Assembly (NCBI GenBank): GCA_973851085.1
Contig: OZ316775.1
Location: 4,650,001-4,714,000, forward strand
From: Ptychomitrium polyphyllum
Taxonomy: Eukaryota
Length of the DNA: 64,000 bases
Direction: 5' to 3'
The stretch's first letter is position 1; every line of letters starts with the position of its first letter. The notes under the pieces are model-generated. The model was not told the origin of the DNA. It worked only from the letters and a program-made list of their open reading frames with translations, and searched no databases. A program made the translations under genes and the position numbers. Below are positions 39,515 through 54,400 of this stretch, one piece after another.

Positions 39515-42500
39515 TGCAACGTTTGATTTTTAAAGCCTTTTAATATAAAATAATCTCTTATAATGAATGAATACTTAAAGATTTTTATTGCATGATTAAA
39601 TAAGTTGAAAATTTAAATAGCCTTTAATTATTTGGTACCAATATTGATAAAATTTAGATGTCATATGGTATTATAGTATAAAAAAGGTACAAAATTCTAT
39701 GCACTAGATAATTCAAACAAATATTCCAAATCTTGTTATCAATTCTAAATCATGTGAATTTAATTGACAATATTACTTAATTATTATAAATTTAGAAATG
39801 CAATATGGGTATTACTCACATTGAAGAAGTGTAGATGAAATTTAAAAAAAGAAAAACTTAATTGATGATTTTAGATATGTAAAGTAAGGCCTTATTTAAT
39901 CAAAAAATATTTAAAAAGAATTGTTTCTTAATCTTCATATTTTAAAGCATTTTTGCTTGTTGTGTATAAACAATGTATTATATGTTATACATATGTTGTT
40001 GATGTGTGTTTTAACCATCCACCTAAATTAATCATCTCTTGTTTAGAAATTTAAGGTACTTCTTTTCAATTTATATGATGATGATGTTTATTTCAAAAAA
40101 AATTATTGTATGAATAAAGAAAGTTTTGCTTTTATTTGGATAAGTACAATATTATTAAAGAGTCTCTAAAGCATGTTTTGAGTAATTTTCAACTAAAATT
40201 AATTAATTAAAAAATCATTAGATACTATGATATGGCTAATGGCATTTAAAATTCTTTGGATTCATAAAAATTTATGAATTTACTTCAAATAATATTTACA
40301 CTAGTTATTGTAGATTTGAAAAAAAGTTCTATATGTAAATTTCATTCATTTTATTGATTCCACATCTAGTAGATGCATACATTTTATGGATTAAGTTAGA
40401 ATTGAGGTTGGTACTATAGCAATGGATACATAAGAAGTGAATCTTTTCTATTTACAAAAATCAAAATCATTTTTTAAATGTAAAAAGATTGTTAAGTCAA
40501 TCAAAATTGCCAACTTAATATAAAAATGTATTTATTTCATCCAATAAGTACAAGGTTTTTCTTTGTAATAGATTAAGACTCTTTTGTCTTGCTCATACTT
40601 TTCCTTCTATCTCAATGTCAATTCTAAATGTAACAAGTCTATTTCATTAGAACTTCTTTAATTCAACACTTTATAACTTCTATATTAAATTTTCAAACTT
40701 TGTATTTCAATACTTAACCTTGTTAAAAGCACAAATTTTAAATTTTGTACCAAAAATATTTTCTAATCACCCATAATAATCAAAACATAATACTTAATTT
40801 TTTCCAAATGAATATTCAAAATAGACGTCATAGATTTATGCTTATAATACATTTCAACATCTTTCAAATACACTTTGACACACTCAATTATTTAAAGACA
40901 ACCTTGCACCTTCAAATCCTTTTTAAATACTTATTAAATCAAATCTCACACTATAATCTTTCACTCTAATATCAATTCAAATGTCACAACATACCATTAC
41001 AGCAGTCACAAGGAAGCTATCATCAAATAATTTAATGAAAATTCACCACCATTTGGTTATTTGAAAAGTCAACAACATGCTGTACACTTGCTTGTCCTCT
41101 AATTAATCACTCATGTCCATTTAATCCATTCTATTAAGATTTATCCATCAATACATCTAATATATGAAGTAAACAAATACTATACTAACATCAATCTAAT
41201 TGCACACTTAAAAAGACAAAATCAATATACAATCGCTTATAATTTAACCCCAAGAAACCCACATCACAGCACCAATGAGCCACATCATTGTGATATCTTT
41301 GTAAGAGTTATTTTGGAATTCATGGAAAAAATCTTATTGGTACCAACATCCAACAATGGTTTTTTCAAATCCCCTCATATCTCCACATACATGCATTTCT
41401 TCATAAATGATTCTGAATGCACCATCCATACTTGTGATTTGCCCATATAATTGAGGAATAAGGGTTAAAAATTTGCATTATAAAACCTGCTAAATATTGC
41501 AGCTTCTACTTCTTAATATTCTGCTTAAGCTGAACTGCCATTGGATCATTGGAAATTTGTTCTTTTACTTCCACATTTTAAAGTTTGAGCGCATCTATTT
41601 GAATTCCACACTCTCTTCTTTTTATCATGGTGGGCATGATTTCAGAGGAAGACTTTCACAAATTATAGGCCCTGGCAACACCCACTAGTTAATGCATGGA
41701 TAAGATCTTGTATTTCTTCTGTAACCACAGCCTCCACTGCACTCTTTGGATAAACTCATGGCACAGAACCTTTGCAGTAAACCTTGGAAAACCATTACTT
41801 TAACTTTGAGCTTGGGCTAGCCATTGTTCAGCACTAATCCTCGCCTCCACATTAGATCTCAGTTTGGGTCAGTCATGATCTTTTGCCACCCTTGCTTTAT
41901 ACATCAACGTCCATGTTGCCAGCACAATCACATACATCCATGTCTACATGTCAAGAGCATGTAGTGGCACACCAAAATGAGGTGCAAACGTTTGAGAGTG
42001 GCAGTATACTTATCCAGTTCTTGTAAGGATAAATCAAGTTCCTTCTAGAATTGATTGTGACATTTGCTTGTAGTACAGATCATCTCAGTAATTTTCATTG
42101 AAACATTGGCAGTCCTAGTTGTATGAATGATTCTTGATGAATCTTAGCTCTACTTTTCCAGATGTAGTACATAATCAAATCATTAGGCACAGGTTTCCTT
42201 TGCTGGACTTTGTATTCCAGAGATAGAATTTCAAGAGTTTAGTACAATTGATAGAAAATGAGAGAGCTTACACAACAATGGAGGTGCACCTTGGTTAATG
42301 TTTGTGCTTGCATTGAACTCTGAGCTTTAGTTAGACTAGCAAAGTACAAGTTTCCTTTGTGTTATGAGTCACAAAGTGATGTCCATGCTGAACCAAAAAA
42401 ATTCTACATAGAATATCCAATTTCCAATTAGCTGACCCGGCAAGAAAAGGCAGTTTGGGTTTGAGTTTGAGTTTAACAAGGCTTGAACACAGACTTAGTT

Positions 42501-42767
42501 TACTAGCCAGAGTTCAAGTTTAACCACCCTTTTGATTTTAGATACAGATCCAGTTGGTGAGGCGAAGGACAAAATGAGCTAACTTACTTCTTGACTGGCT
42601 GGGAGGCCATCATGCAAAAAGAGCTGCAATCTTGATGCCACATGATTGAAACAGAATATTTTCAACTGCAATAATGATCTCAACATGAATTTTATTTTAT
42701 TTGTGACACAACAACAATCACCTGGATCAATTAGACCAGTCACCATATGCACCATATATGAATCAGC

Positions 42768-42814
42768 GTGCATGTGCATGTGCATGTGCATGTGCAATGT
42801 GCAATGTGCAATGT
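42768..42814. repeat. Compound (GTGCAT)n/(GTGCAAT)n microsatellite
   Basis: gtgcatgtgcatgtgcatgtgcatgtgcaatgtgcaatgtgcaatgt. Confidence 0.85.
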
Positions 42815-44876
42815 ACTAATGCTCTAGACCCTTATCTGAAGAAGCCACGCCCCAGTCCCTCTTGCGCACAGTACCATACAATAAGTATCTTTCATGAACT
42901 AAGTTTGTGACATTTGTCCCCTCAATGAATGGTAAATTTCAAAATGACACTATAAATTCTATAACATTTCAAACCATGGATTGTAGAATGCATTGGATGA
43001 ACAACGGAGTCTATTTTTATGGGATTAAAAGTTTGAAAATTGGAAGCCTAAAATTACATAACAATGAAGCATTTTACAACATACCACCTATCATCTAGTA
43101 CTACCCTCATTAGCCTCCATATGGTTAGGCATGCTAACAATGAGAATTTGTAGAGTTTCCAAGGATACATCTTCTAACATTTCTTAAATGATTTCAATTA
43201 ATTTCCCTTTGGCTTTAACTAGATTTTTTTGAACAATATCTTTTAGCATCTTCTACACGGTTTCTATAGGATTCAAATTCAACAAGTTTATAGGCCATAT
43301 AAGCTTCTTCATGTTATGTGCTTCCCTCCATTGAACTAGACAATATTAGGGCACCATCTTCCATCAACATAAGATTCTTAAAATCATTGTCCATTCAAAA
43401 AAAGCCAATCAAGCAACTTTCATACACAACATTAATAAAATAAAAAACTATTCATTTATTAGGAAGCATAATAAGAAGAAGACACATATACAAATCTATA
43501 AAAATGCAACAAATTGTGACTAAAAATGCGGGTAGACTTAAATATGGGCACTAAGCAATTCCAAATTATTTGTTTATAAACTTGTCATCAAGCCTTTACT
43601 TATTGTAACAACTTTTCAATCTCAACATGAAGACTTAGTTGTCCATCTTACATTGTTCCAATCAAACATTGACCTATACTATTGATCCTTGCTAAAAATT
43701 AGTTTCTCTATCTTATACTTTGAATAAAAAACTGAGTTCTTTGGAGCAACTTAGTGGTGAAGTTTTAAATTTTGAGTATCCTTCTTCAATGTGTAGCATG
43801 CAAAATATATGAGCTATAGATACTTATTGTACATAGCATGTGGATGAAGCACCATTTGCAAGATCAATTGTACAATTAAGAATTTGTTACATTGCTTATG
43901 AGTTGGAACTTTAAGAACTTTTAAACTATCTAAAACCTTATTTTATGACTAAATTTGTAAATTCACTCATGCATTCAGTTGATTCATCGTTGTCCTTAGT
44001 ATATTAAAAAAGCCCATTTAAGTATCTTTTATAAATATAATATAAAATATAAATTGCTTTAGCAATGTCATTAATAGCAAATAATAATAATATTTTGATT
44101 GGACCGATATGGTATAATAATACTATCTAAGGCAAGAAAATCTACTTTTAAAACATTAAAAATTTCTATACATATGAAGGTATACAATGAATTTGAACCA
44201 ATTTATTCAATTTTTTTTTCAAAAAATACTTTAATTTTGAAGAATCGATAAATTTGTGATGTTTCTTGAATTTCTTATAAATTTTTGGAGTTCATTTTTG
44301 CAAAGATTGAATGTCTACTTATTGCAAAATAAAGAATGTTATGTATGGATGAATAACAACTAGAGCAAAATAATGTATATCTGTCTAATAAAAGTATATT
44401 ATATAAATAAAAAATGATATAAGAATATGATAAATTAACAATTCATTAACTTAATCATTTAATACTTAGTTGATTCAAAATGGATCACTTATTTATTCAA
44501 AATGTTTTGTAAAGTTTTAAAAGTAATTGTGGAATAATTCAATGTTACTTACTTAAATTGTACATTAAAATGTTGAAAATTTACAACAGGAGCTTTATAA
44601 TGATTATTATAGTAACTTTCAAACTATTCAAGAAAACATCTTCATGGTCAAAATCAATTTGTAAAATATTTGAAGGATTTTTTTAAAAACATGGGGCACC
44701 TTTAGGAGTATAAAATGTGTTAAGTAAGACAATTATGCATAGACCACTTAAGTTGTTGATTACTTTTATTATTTGTTTTCAATACCCTACTTTTGAGACT
44801 TTAGAGAATCCAAATCAATTTAAATTTTCTATTGAAAGATGAGATGTTTGGAAATCTTTTAAACTGTGTCCTTTAT

Positions 44877-44937
44877 ATTTTACACTTTACATTTTACATT
44901 TTACACTTTACAGTTTACATTTTACATTTTACATTTT
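44877..44937. repeat. (TTTTACA)n-like heptamer repeat
   Basis: ttttacactttacattttacattttacactttacagtttacattttacattttacatttt. Confidence 0.85.
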
Positions 44938-45444
44938 GACATATTGACGTAGAGAAGGTGTGGACAAAATATCCGACCCCAATGTCATGGCAGAATGCAT
45001 CCCAAATAAACCGTGCATTAGACGCCTAAATTGCCCTCTTCGAAGAGGCCAACTTTGACATAAAGCTCTCCAAACTAGCACATAGTCCTCCAAGACGGAG
45101 ACTGGCAGACAATGGGGCCGCCTGGCTCATAACGAGGAGGGTGCCACGTGGAGGCAGGGGCGTTGTTTGACACTCGTTGGACATGGAATCTCACCCTGCA
45201 CATTGCTGCCACGTTCAGCGAAACCCTTCACTTTTTCCCAGCTTGGAATCACAGCACAAAAAGTGAAAGTCTCGCCTCGATGTTCACACTCCCACTCGAG
45301 ATAAACTTTTCTTCCTAAACCAGTATCCTCGACGACCAGACACTCCATCCTTTTACGTCCAGGATACGATCCTTCCCGCCGTCGTCACTCCCACGACGTC
45401 GGCCAACGTCACTGAACGTAGCCCTCCGTCAGCTCGTCCTGACG

Positions 45445-45515
45445 CCCGTCAGTCCGTCAGTCCGTCAGTCCGTCCGTCCGTCCACCAGTCCGTCCGTCCT
45501 ACCGTTCGTTCGTCA
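45445..45515. repeat. (CCGT/CAGT)n tetramer array near the probable transcription start of the downstream gene
   Basis: ccgtcagtccgtcagtccgtcagtccgtccgtccgtcc... Confidence 0.75.
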
Positions 45516-48097
45516 GTCAATCAGCGTTGTCGGAGATGGAGGCCGGGGCACTCTGGTCGCCAGATGTGGGAGACGCGCACTGGGAGGCACGTTGTTCATG
45601 GTGCAGCCCAGCAGCCCACAAGTCAGCCTCTCGTCAGCACCACACCAATCCCGCACAGCAGTCTCAACAAGAAACACCGAGCCAAGAAGGCCAGATAAAA
45701 TCGAAACAAACAGACACCTTTGGGATTCCTTTGCCTCATGACGCAACTCTTAGAAGGAGTGCAGTCGTTTTGGAGTACTCCCGATGGGACTTCTCTGCAC
45801 AAGAGTCGCCTGCAGTAAGGTACAGTAGCCTCGATTGTCGCTTTGGGCGCGGAGAAGAGGAAAGCCGGAAGAGAAGCAGTGGCTCAGTTTGAGACTTAGA
45901 AGAAGAGTATACGTTGGTCTAGAGACGACCGTGGTCAAGTGATGAGCGTGAATGAGGAGTCTGTCGGGTAGTGTTACTAAACAGGGCACTAGGACTTAGG
46001 TAGTGCCCCCCTTAATGCCTTCTCTTGAAGGTAGATAAGTTGAGAGCAATCATAGGACGAGAAGGATAAAGGAAAAGGCTGGCGGATCATTGTTGCTGTT
46101 GGGTTGCTTCATGGTATGTGTGCTTGGAAATTTGATGTTGTGAGGTGGTTGGTAGATGTTGTTTCTTTGGTTCTTTGGTTTTTCTGTGAAGCTGTCTATG
46201 TTATAGGGTTGGAGGGGTGCATGAGGGTTACAGAGCTATGTATTATGTGTGGAAGTTTGTGATGGGTGTCGGGATGAGGATTTAGTAGATAATGATGAGG
46301 TCTTTGTATTGGGGCTGCTCTTGATCCTTCGAAGTAGCGATTTGTTGAGCGTGTCTGTGGTCGTGAGTTTGGGAGTTTTTAGCTTGGCTCTGAAGTTTCT
46401 GTAGATTGGGGAGTTTAGGTGGAGTCATTGGTTTTGCATCGTCGAAGTCGTGGTCTAATGTTGTTGCAATGGGGTACTTCTCATTTCGGCTTTTCAGGTA
46501 TCAGTGTTGCAATCACTTTGGCGGTAAGTGGTGTCTAGAAGTACGTTGCTTGAAGTTTAACGGGGAGGGTAACGAGTGGGGCGAAATCTTACCAGAAGGA
46601 ATCGCTCAAAATTATTGAAAGAATTTTGTCGTAATCAAGGAGTTTTGTGTGAGCTGCTCAGAGTATGCAAGCTTTCAACTGGGGAGTTTTCAAGGGGTGG
46701 GTATTACCAAGTCAATTTTGATTAATGTTTGTTCTTCAATTTAAGTGACAAGGTTTGAGATAGCGAAGCTTATGGGGTGACTTATAGAAATTGGGGGCAA
46801 ATCGAGTTCAATTCGCTTGACTAACGTTTTGGAATCGCCATAATCTGCAGGGATTGAATTGTGACTACCGTATATGAACTCGATTCTAACTGGTATTGCA
46901 GTATCCGAATGCTCTCTGTTCGCATCCTTGCACGATGTTGCTTGTGCGAAAGCATGTTACATCAGGATGACATTTGTTTTGGAAATCTCTCACCAGATTG
47001 GTATTCTGAAGACGAATCCAAAAGCATATGCATAGGATAGATATCTTGATATCCGGAATCAGGGTTCATGGTAGAATGCTATTACATTTATGTGCTTCTA
47101 TGTACACTTGTCTCCGCACTTTTATTTTCTCTTTCTGAGAACGCATCTGAGGTATTGCTAACGGGTTTAGAGTTTTGTAACGCAAATCTCTAATGAATGT
47201 GATGGAGTTTCGGTCACTTGAATTCGAGTTTAGAAACCTGGTACAAAGTAAGCTTTGAGACCGTTGAGATGTTTCCCTTTCTGGATATGTTTATACTGGG
47301 TAATGACAATTCACAGCTTCCGTCTGCTTTACTCTGAGTATAAATATGTCAATTTCAGTAGTTGTCGGTGGTTGTTGTGTAAAATAAGCTAAGTGCGTAG
47401 GATGCATAGAGTCCTACAGAGTTTATTATCCATCTACTTGATTGTGGGGCCTTCATAATGGGGATTATGAAACTCTGGCCTTGCATTGTGAAACATGTCC
47501 AGGGAATTTGAATTGGTAGATCCTGCCAATGTCATTGTTGTACCAGGTTAGCTCTTGTACTCCTTAATAGCCGTCTGAACCATCTTTGTTTTTCCAAACG
47601 CTTCCCAGTTGCCCTGAGTTAGGCGGGCAGTTTTGAAGTTCTGCATCTGTCGATTGTCAATTGGAGAGTTGACAAGCAAGAGCGAGGACATGTGCTCTTC
47701 CATTCTAGCAAGCGAAACTATCTTAAAGAAGAGTTCCACAGAATTGACCGTCTCAGTTCCAAATGGACAACTATGGGTCAATGAAATTGATCTGGAGTCT
47801 ATCTTGACGTAAAATATGGGCTCTCGAAGCTCATTAAGAAGTGACTAAGAAGTTGTCCCTTTTGAACCAAGTTGTATATATATTGGTTTTGTGATCGTTC
47901 TAGCTTCTGCAAGGGTTCAGCAAAGCTGATAACCAAAGCTTGGGCTCCATTACTCATCAATGCTGATTGTTACCAATTATGTAATGTACAGGTATATTTC
48001 CATCTTCCCGTAAGGTACCTCGATTGAGCACCAAGACTTGATCTTCCTGGTGTTAGAGGGACAGACTGTAGTTGGACAAGAGCACTCCAAAAACGTG

Positions 48098-49960
48098 ATG
48101 GATTACAATTCCAGAAAAGCAGGGGTAGGGTCCACTCTTGTGAGTAGTAAAGACGCATCCAGAAGTATGTCAGCAGATCCGTTAAAGGATGGCAGGCTTA
48201 CAGCAACAGCCTTAAGGAGGCCGAGTAAGGAGCATATACAGAGTAGTCGGGATCATGAGGTGAAGCGTAGCCATGATCATGTGAAGAGTAGTACAAGTAA
48301 AGATCCTCAGCGGATTAATAAGGACTATGTGAAACTGAAGGACGATACAGGTCGGAAGCCGGCCACAACTCCACAGCTGAAACCAAAAAGTAACATTCAA
48401 GATAGGAATTCATCGATTGAGAGTGTAGTTAGGCCTCAAGTAACCAGCGAGAAGGTGTTACATAGAATGAAAGATGATAGAGAAAGGGAGATACTGAACC
48501 AGAGTCTTAAAAGGACGAAAGCCATAGATGGTGAAGACTCTAAGGTGCTACAAAGAGTGAAAGATAGGGAGAGGGATATATTGAACCAGAGTCTCAGAAG
48601 GATTCAAGTCAAAGATCAGGAAGATTTGAAGACAGCGCCAAGACCGAAAGGTGACAACAGAGAGAGGGATATGCTTAATCAAAGTGTCAGAAGAGCCCAA
48701 GTCACAGGTTCCGATGACTCGAAGGTGAGGCTTGAGAAACCAAGAGAACCACTCAAATCTAAGAGTGAAACAAGGCTTGATGCAACGAAGGCGTCGACAG
48801 GACATGGGACCGAGAAGGCAGTGAAAAAGGACACCCCAAGCACCAAAACATTGCCAGAAGTCAAGCCTGACAAAGATAACAATGAGCGGACCAAGAGTGT
48901 GACGAGGCCAAACATGACCAACCCGTCAACACGCGTGGAAGATGATGTAAAGAAGGAGAAATTATCAAGCGACAGGAAGCGGACGATGGGAGTGGTGACG
49001 GCTGAAGATGGAAAGGATGTGCGAGTGCAGCGGAGTGTTACAAAGATGGAGCCGGTGATTGCCACGAATAATTCTACCCCGAAAAACGTATGTCATACTC
49101 CCTAATTGTTCTTAGCTAATTTGTCATTTTTGAAGTCCGGAGATTGAAAGTCCAAGTTTTGAATTCTGTTATCTGAGCTGTTCTTTTGATAAAATCTGTG
49201 GCTATTGTTAAATTGATACTTGACGATGTCAATATGTGCTATGCTTTAGGGAGGAAATGTTTCAAAAGAACCTCTGAAATCTGTCAAGATTGTTACCGGA
49301 ACTGTTATGAAAGCAAAGCAGGAGAAGTTAAAGAAGAAATCGTTTTCTTTACCAGGTCAAAGGTTTGAACCTCCGGAGGAGGTATGTTTCTGTTTTTCTG
49401 TCCTCCCTTTTCTTTATCATATTTTGACTTTGGTGCAGCATGTAAAGAGGTATTAATGTTTCTGGAAAATGTCTATGTTTAAGCACTATCGTAACCGTTA
49501 GTTGTCGTGGTTTGGTGCTGGTTTAATTACCAGAGGGATGCGTTGAGGTTATTTTATGGGTCACTCCATCGACAGATACCGACAAGTGATATGGCTAATA
49601 TCTGGTAAGCAAACTTTTCTCAGAATGTATTCTCAGCTTATGATTCGGTCAAAAGTATAAGCTTTGATCTTTTAAATAGGTTACTTCTATTGTTGTTTCG
49701 TGATGTTGTTGCTTCAAAACTCAGTGTAGAAATGTTACATTCATTACAGGTTAATGGAGCATGGGTTGCTCAAAGCAGACGAGGCTCAGAAGGTCCTGAC
49801 TCACAAAGTAAAATCTAAGACCGGCTTCGTCTCCAAAGCCTCGCCTTACCAAGCACCAACACCTTCAAGATTTTCAAATGGCAGTGCAGGGAAATCTTCG
49901 AAGTTCAAAAACGAGGATTTCCTTGACATAAAGCCAGTCTCAAAGAAGCTAAGGCTTTGA
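48098..49960 (+). CDS. Lys/Arg/Asp-rich, probably nuclear protein with a conserved plant C-terminal domain of unknown function. Exons ~48098-49087, 49250-49381, 49534-49604, 49750-49960
   Basis: The spliced C-terminus KKKSFSLPGQRFEPPEE-RDALRLFYGSLHRQIPTSDMANIW-LMEHGLL matches the plant family motif LPGQKxDPPEERDPLRIFYESLxxQxPxSEMAxxWLMExGLL. It ends in an NLS-like KKLRL. Confidence 0.8.
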
Positions 49961-50637
49961 GAAGCTGCAACTAGCTTTGTAGTAAATCTGGTATTGTTGA
50001 GATTGTTGCAGGATACGGTCCCTCACCGTCTACTTGTAATAAGTTGTACTGTACAAGACAGTTTGACAGTCGAATTCTAGTCCTCTTGACCTGCGAATAA
50101 GTATAGATGCAGTTAATCGATTCAGCAATTAAAGCATTTGTTTGCGAAAGCCTGAAACTCAACTCAACTCAACCGAATGACGAAATGGAGATCGTTACGT
50201 TGAGTCATGTCTTTGAAATAAGAAACTGGTCAGTTTCGTTTTCCTACCACTGATTGATGTCCTTTGAATATAGATTGCCCCACGGGACGGGCTTGAGATC
50301 ATGACAATTAAGCTGGTATTGGAGGTATATTTCACAGACGTAAATAACCCTAAATTCCCATAGAGTAATTGTTCAAGGATGATGATGTCAGTGCACAGGC
50401 TCAATCGGCGTAGCCAATTTTCTGAAGAATGGAGCACGTCTAAATGCGACGATGATTCTTCGATTACAAGGAGGAAAGAGTTGTTGCTTTGATACCTGTT
50501 GGTACAGGGACAACATCATGTGTTAGATGTCACTAATATCTAGAGGATAATTGGAAAGCTTAACAAGCTTAGTATTACAAATCTTGATAGACAAACAACT
50601 TTAAACTCTTTTATCAAGTCTTCTTGATTCTAGATAT

Positions 50638-50642
<5 letters not shown>

Positions 50643-50682
<40 letters not shown>
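50643..50682. repeat. (TA)~19 microsatellite
   Basis: Direct observation. Confidence 0.95.
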
Positions 50683-50686
<4 letters not shown>

Positions 50687-51469
50687 AAATGGATTTTAAA
50701 TATATTTCATAATCATTGTATTGTGATTCCACACATATTTTGGGCAAAATTTAAAAACCTCAATAATACAACACCAAATATCTTAAATACGATATAATCA
50801 AGAATGTGACATTTCAATTTTACAACAAATTTCTTGTTTCCCAAATATGTCATATTAGAGAGGGACAACAATAAACAACAAACAATAACAGAAATATAAA
50901 AAACAATAAAAAATAAATAGCTCACCGAAACAATCTGGGCCCAGCTCATCCTCTTTGGTGGTCTCCAGCAACGCTGGCACTGTTACACAGATGTTGAAGA
51001 CGGGCGTTGCTTGGCAAGGATGGCAAGGCTTTCCCACTAACAAGATTGTCCCTGACGTCAAAATACTCGTACCTGTCTTCAGCAGTATGCCGCGGGCTGA
51101 CAACATCCGGTGCAGAATCTTATGAACTCAGAGGCCGCATTTTTCGTCCTTCAAACATCCACAAGCAAGCTGAGAAAGAGCATGTGGTGGCCTTGGCAAG
51201 CTTGTGGCATGCAGGATAGTGGTTGTCATTCCGGTAAAACTGAGGTTAAAAACCACTACATACCTTCGTTTAGATCACTACAGATCATTCTCACTTCTAG
51301 GACGACTATAAAAGGATTAATCCATGTCTACAACAGGAGTTCACATCCAGGAGTTCACAGTTTCTACTGTTGCGGAGCCTTTTGGTTGGCCGATGAGTTA
51401 GTGCCCTTCCCAAATGATAAATGACGATGCAAGGTCTATACATCCACACAATTGCAAGCCCAGTTATCT

Positions 51470-54400
51470 TCAACTGGCTAAATTTTTCCGCTCCTTTGAA
51501 ACGGGAAGTATCACGCTTGGAAAGCCCAAACACGAAAAACATGCCCAGTGAATTATAGACCACTTCAGTTCTTTGGATTTTCTTTTGCCTTTCTTACATT
51601 CACGCATCTTGGAGATGATTACTTTCTGCATGGCGTATGCTAAGTTGTCCTCCTTTGCTAACTGCTCATAAAGGTTTTTCATAAATTCAGTACAAAAACG
51701 ATCATCTGCTTGCCACATGGTTAAGACCGAGCTCGGCACTCCTGCTAGTATGAAAGACCTTGCAAACCCCATAATCCCTCCTCCTTCACAGCACATATGT
51801 CATTAATAGCATTCTCAAGCATTACTCGCTGATATAGCATTTTCTAGAATTTTCTCTTTCTTCTCAAAGTAAGTACGATCACAGGAGCTAAAAACAAATA
51901 TATAAAATTACAAGCAACTACGATACAAATTTTTACCTGCTACTGATCCAAGGCCTGTCTGACAAGCACTGAGAACAACAGCCCGAGCTCGCCATGCGGA
52001 AGGTGTGACTGTTATAATTTCCTCAGCCGTCAACCTCTGACTCCGTTCGTTGCTGAACAACAGTGAGCCTTGAGGGAATTGAGAAGAAACTTCACCGTGA
52101 ACACAAAGGTGAATCCAGGATGCTTTAGGCAGAACTTCCATCAAGCGCTCATGACTCAAATCATCGTCTTTGAGCACCATCATTACTGTTGATCCTATTG
52201 CTTCAGCAACAGCATCCACTTCTTTGTGTGCTTGCTTAAGATCTGGGTATTCACGCGGATACCCAGATTTTTTTCCCACCAATACTGGCACTGAGTCCTC
52301 TTCACAGCTAGAACGTATGACCTGGCAATAAACATTCAAACGTTTCGTGCAGAACGTACCAAAGTAAAATCTTTGTGGTATATACTCTGAGATTATCGGT
52401 CTCCATGATTACAAAACGACGTCAGTTTTGCAGCACAGGAAGATTGACCTAAAGTTTTCCTCAGAAACTGGAAAATTATAGCATTACCTTCTCGTAGAGA
52501 AACTGGCAGTGCCTCGTGCACCACACTGATGGGGAAACAGAAATTGCATAGTCTTCAATAAGATGGGGTGATCCTTCATATTCATGTAAGGCAGCAAACG
52601 GTACGACACTGAGATCCTGTTCAAATTTGAAGCACGATCGATGTACATTTCTCAGTTCGAAAGTGATATAACGGTACGTAGCAGTCCAATTTATCACGGA
52701 ACTTCTAAAATTAAGTACCCTTGAAATGATCACGAGCAAGGAAGTGCACCTCATGTGGCAGGAAGACTAGTGTGTCCCGGCCATATTCGTAAACAGCAGC
52801 TAATTGCTCTTGAATTGGTTTGATCAATACAGCATACAGAGCTTGAAGCAATTCAGATATTTTGTATAATTCCTGCCATCAGTAGACATTCTTCTCAATT
52901 GATCGATTAAGGCAAACCATTATATTCTGTGGTGCGAGTACTTGCAGGTGCATACATCCAAGAATACGAAGAACTCACTCTTTCACACCGCGAATTGCGA
53001 TCACGGCCGAGTTTCTCGATGGCCTCTCCGACGTGCTTCTGAATACCAACAACCATACCAGGAATCCATGGGTTGAATGGTACCCTGTTTGTTGAGAATT
53101 TGTTCATGGCTGCTAGAACATTTTGAATTGTGGAACGTTTACTCTGGGACAACACAGGGTTTGTGGAATTCTGCATTGCCTGTCATCATGAGCAATCAAT
53201 TAGCTAGCATACATTTTATGCTTTAATCTCAAAAATAGCGATCACGATCCTAAAACATAAGTTCGTGGATCCATCTACACAATTGTACTGTAGTTCAGTA
53301 CTATATGACATTAAGGACTAGACTTAGTGTGTCCAGAAATCTATGAATCCAAAACGTTTCTCGTTCAATTCCTGACACTCAGTGCTATGAATTAAGTCTC
53401 ACTCTACTTGAGACTCATCACCCCTAAACCACATAACTAATGAATGGTTCGGTATTGTTACCTCAGAGTTGTCGTGAACAGATTTCAAGTTTGTCTCTGC
53501 TTCATGTCGAGTATCTTCACGGAGTATGGAATGCAAGCTAATGGTCAATGAGGAATGAAGTGTACTGACTGGGCCTGGGCCATCGATGACGATCTGTGTC
53601 ATGAGGTTTTCGTAGTCAATGAATGTAAATGCAACAAACACCGTCTTTCTTGATTGAGACACTAGCGTCTGGGAAGCTCGTGGCCTGGTTAATATGAAGT
53701 CGAGCGCAAAGGTGTCGTCAGTCATGAAACGACCTTTGTCAAAATGTGAAGCGGGGTCATCACTACTTTTGGTCGACGCCGCAATGAATGGCATAAGCAT
53801 TCTCCCTTTTCCTCGCTCTGACCATACCAGCGCGCTCTTTTCATAGCTCTTGGCAAGCTGTTTCTCAAACCCTATCAGAGCCTGTGCTCGCAAGAGTTGA
53901 CATTTAGCCAAAGCCATGCATGCATTTTTACTAATCTCAAAGTAACGGAAAGCATGCTCTTCACTAATTTGTGCCATTTCCTCCAGCATCTCCTCCGTTA
54001 CGCTGTATACCTTCTGCCATATACCATAAGCGCAGTCGAAGTCCAAATTTTTTGCATCCATAGCTATCCATCCCAACGGCTGTAGTACCTGTATTAACAT
54101 CTCTGTTGAGGTTGGTACCTCCTCCAAAGATTTTAGAGCAAGGAAGAGCTGTTGCTTGCAAGCCTCTATATCGCCAAGCCGTAAGTAATGTACACTCAAG
54201 CCTTGGTGTCGAAATGCATAACCACTACGATAGCCTCTCTGCTCATCCATCTGCAACATCGCTTGAAGAGCCGTCACTTCATCAAGTGTGCCTTCTTCCA
54301 ATTCCGCCGGGGATTTCAATAATGCTCGGACAAAAATCGCCATTTGATCCTGATGAAATGAAGCACCTGGACGGGTCTTCTTCAAAAATTCTCTAAAGTG

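Larger units (their letters stand above)
37200..44870. mobile_element. AT-rich, gene-free island, probably nested decayed transposon remnants
   Basis: Very low GC, strong CpG depletion and no credible ORFs. It contains local duplications and microsatellites. The family could not be identified. Confidence 0.35.

Noticed and set aside
41300..42400. Moderately GC-richer patch inside the AT-rich island, possibly a gene relic
   Set aside because: Multiple stops in the frames examined and no motif I can assign.
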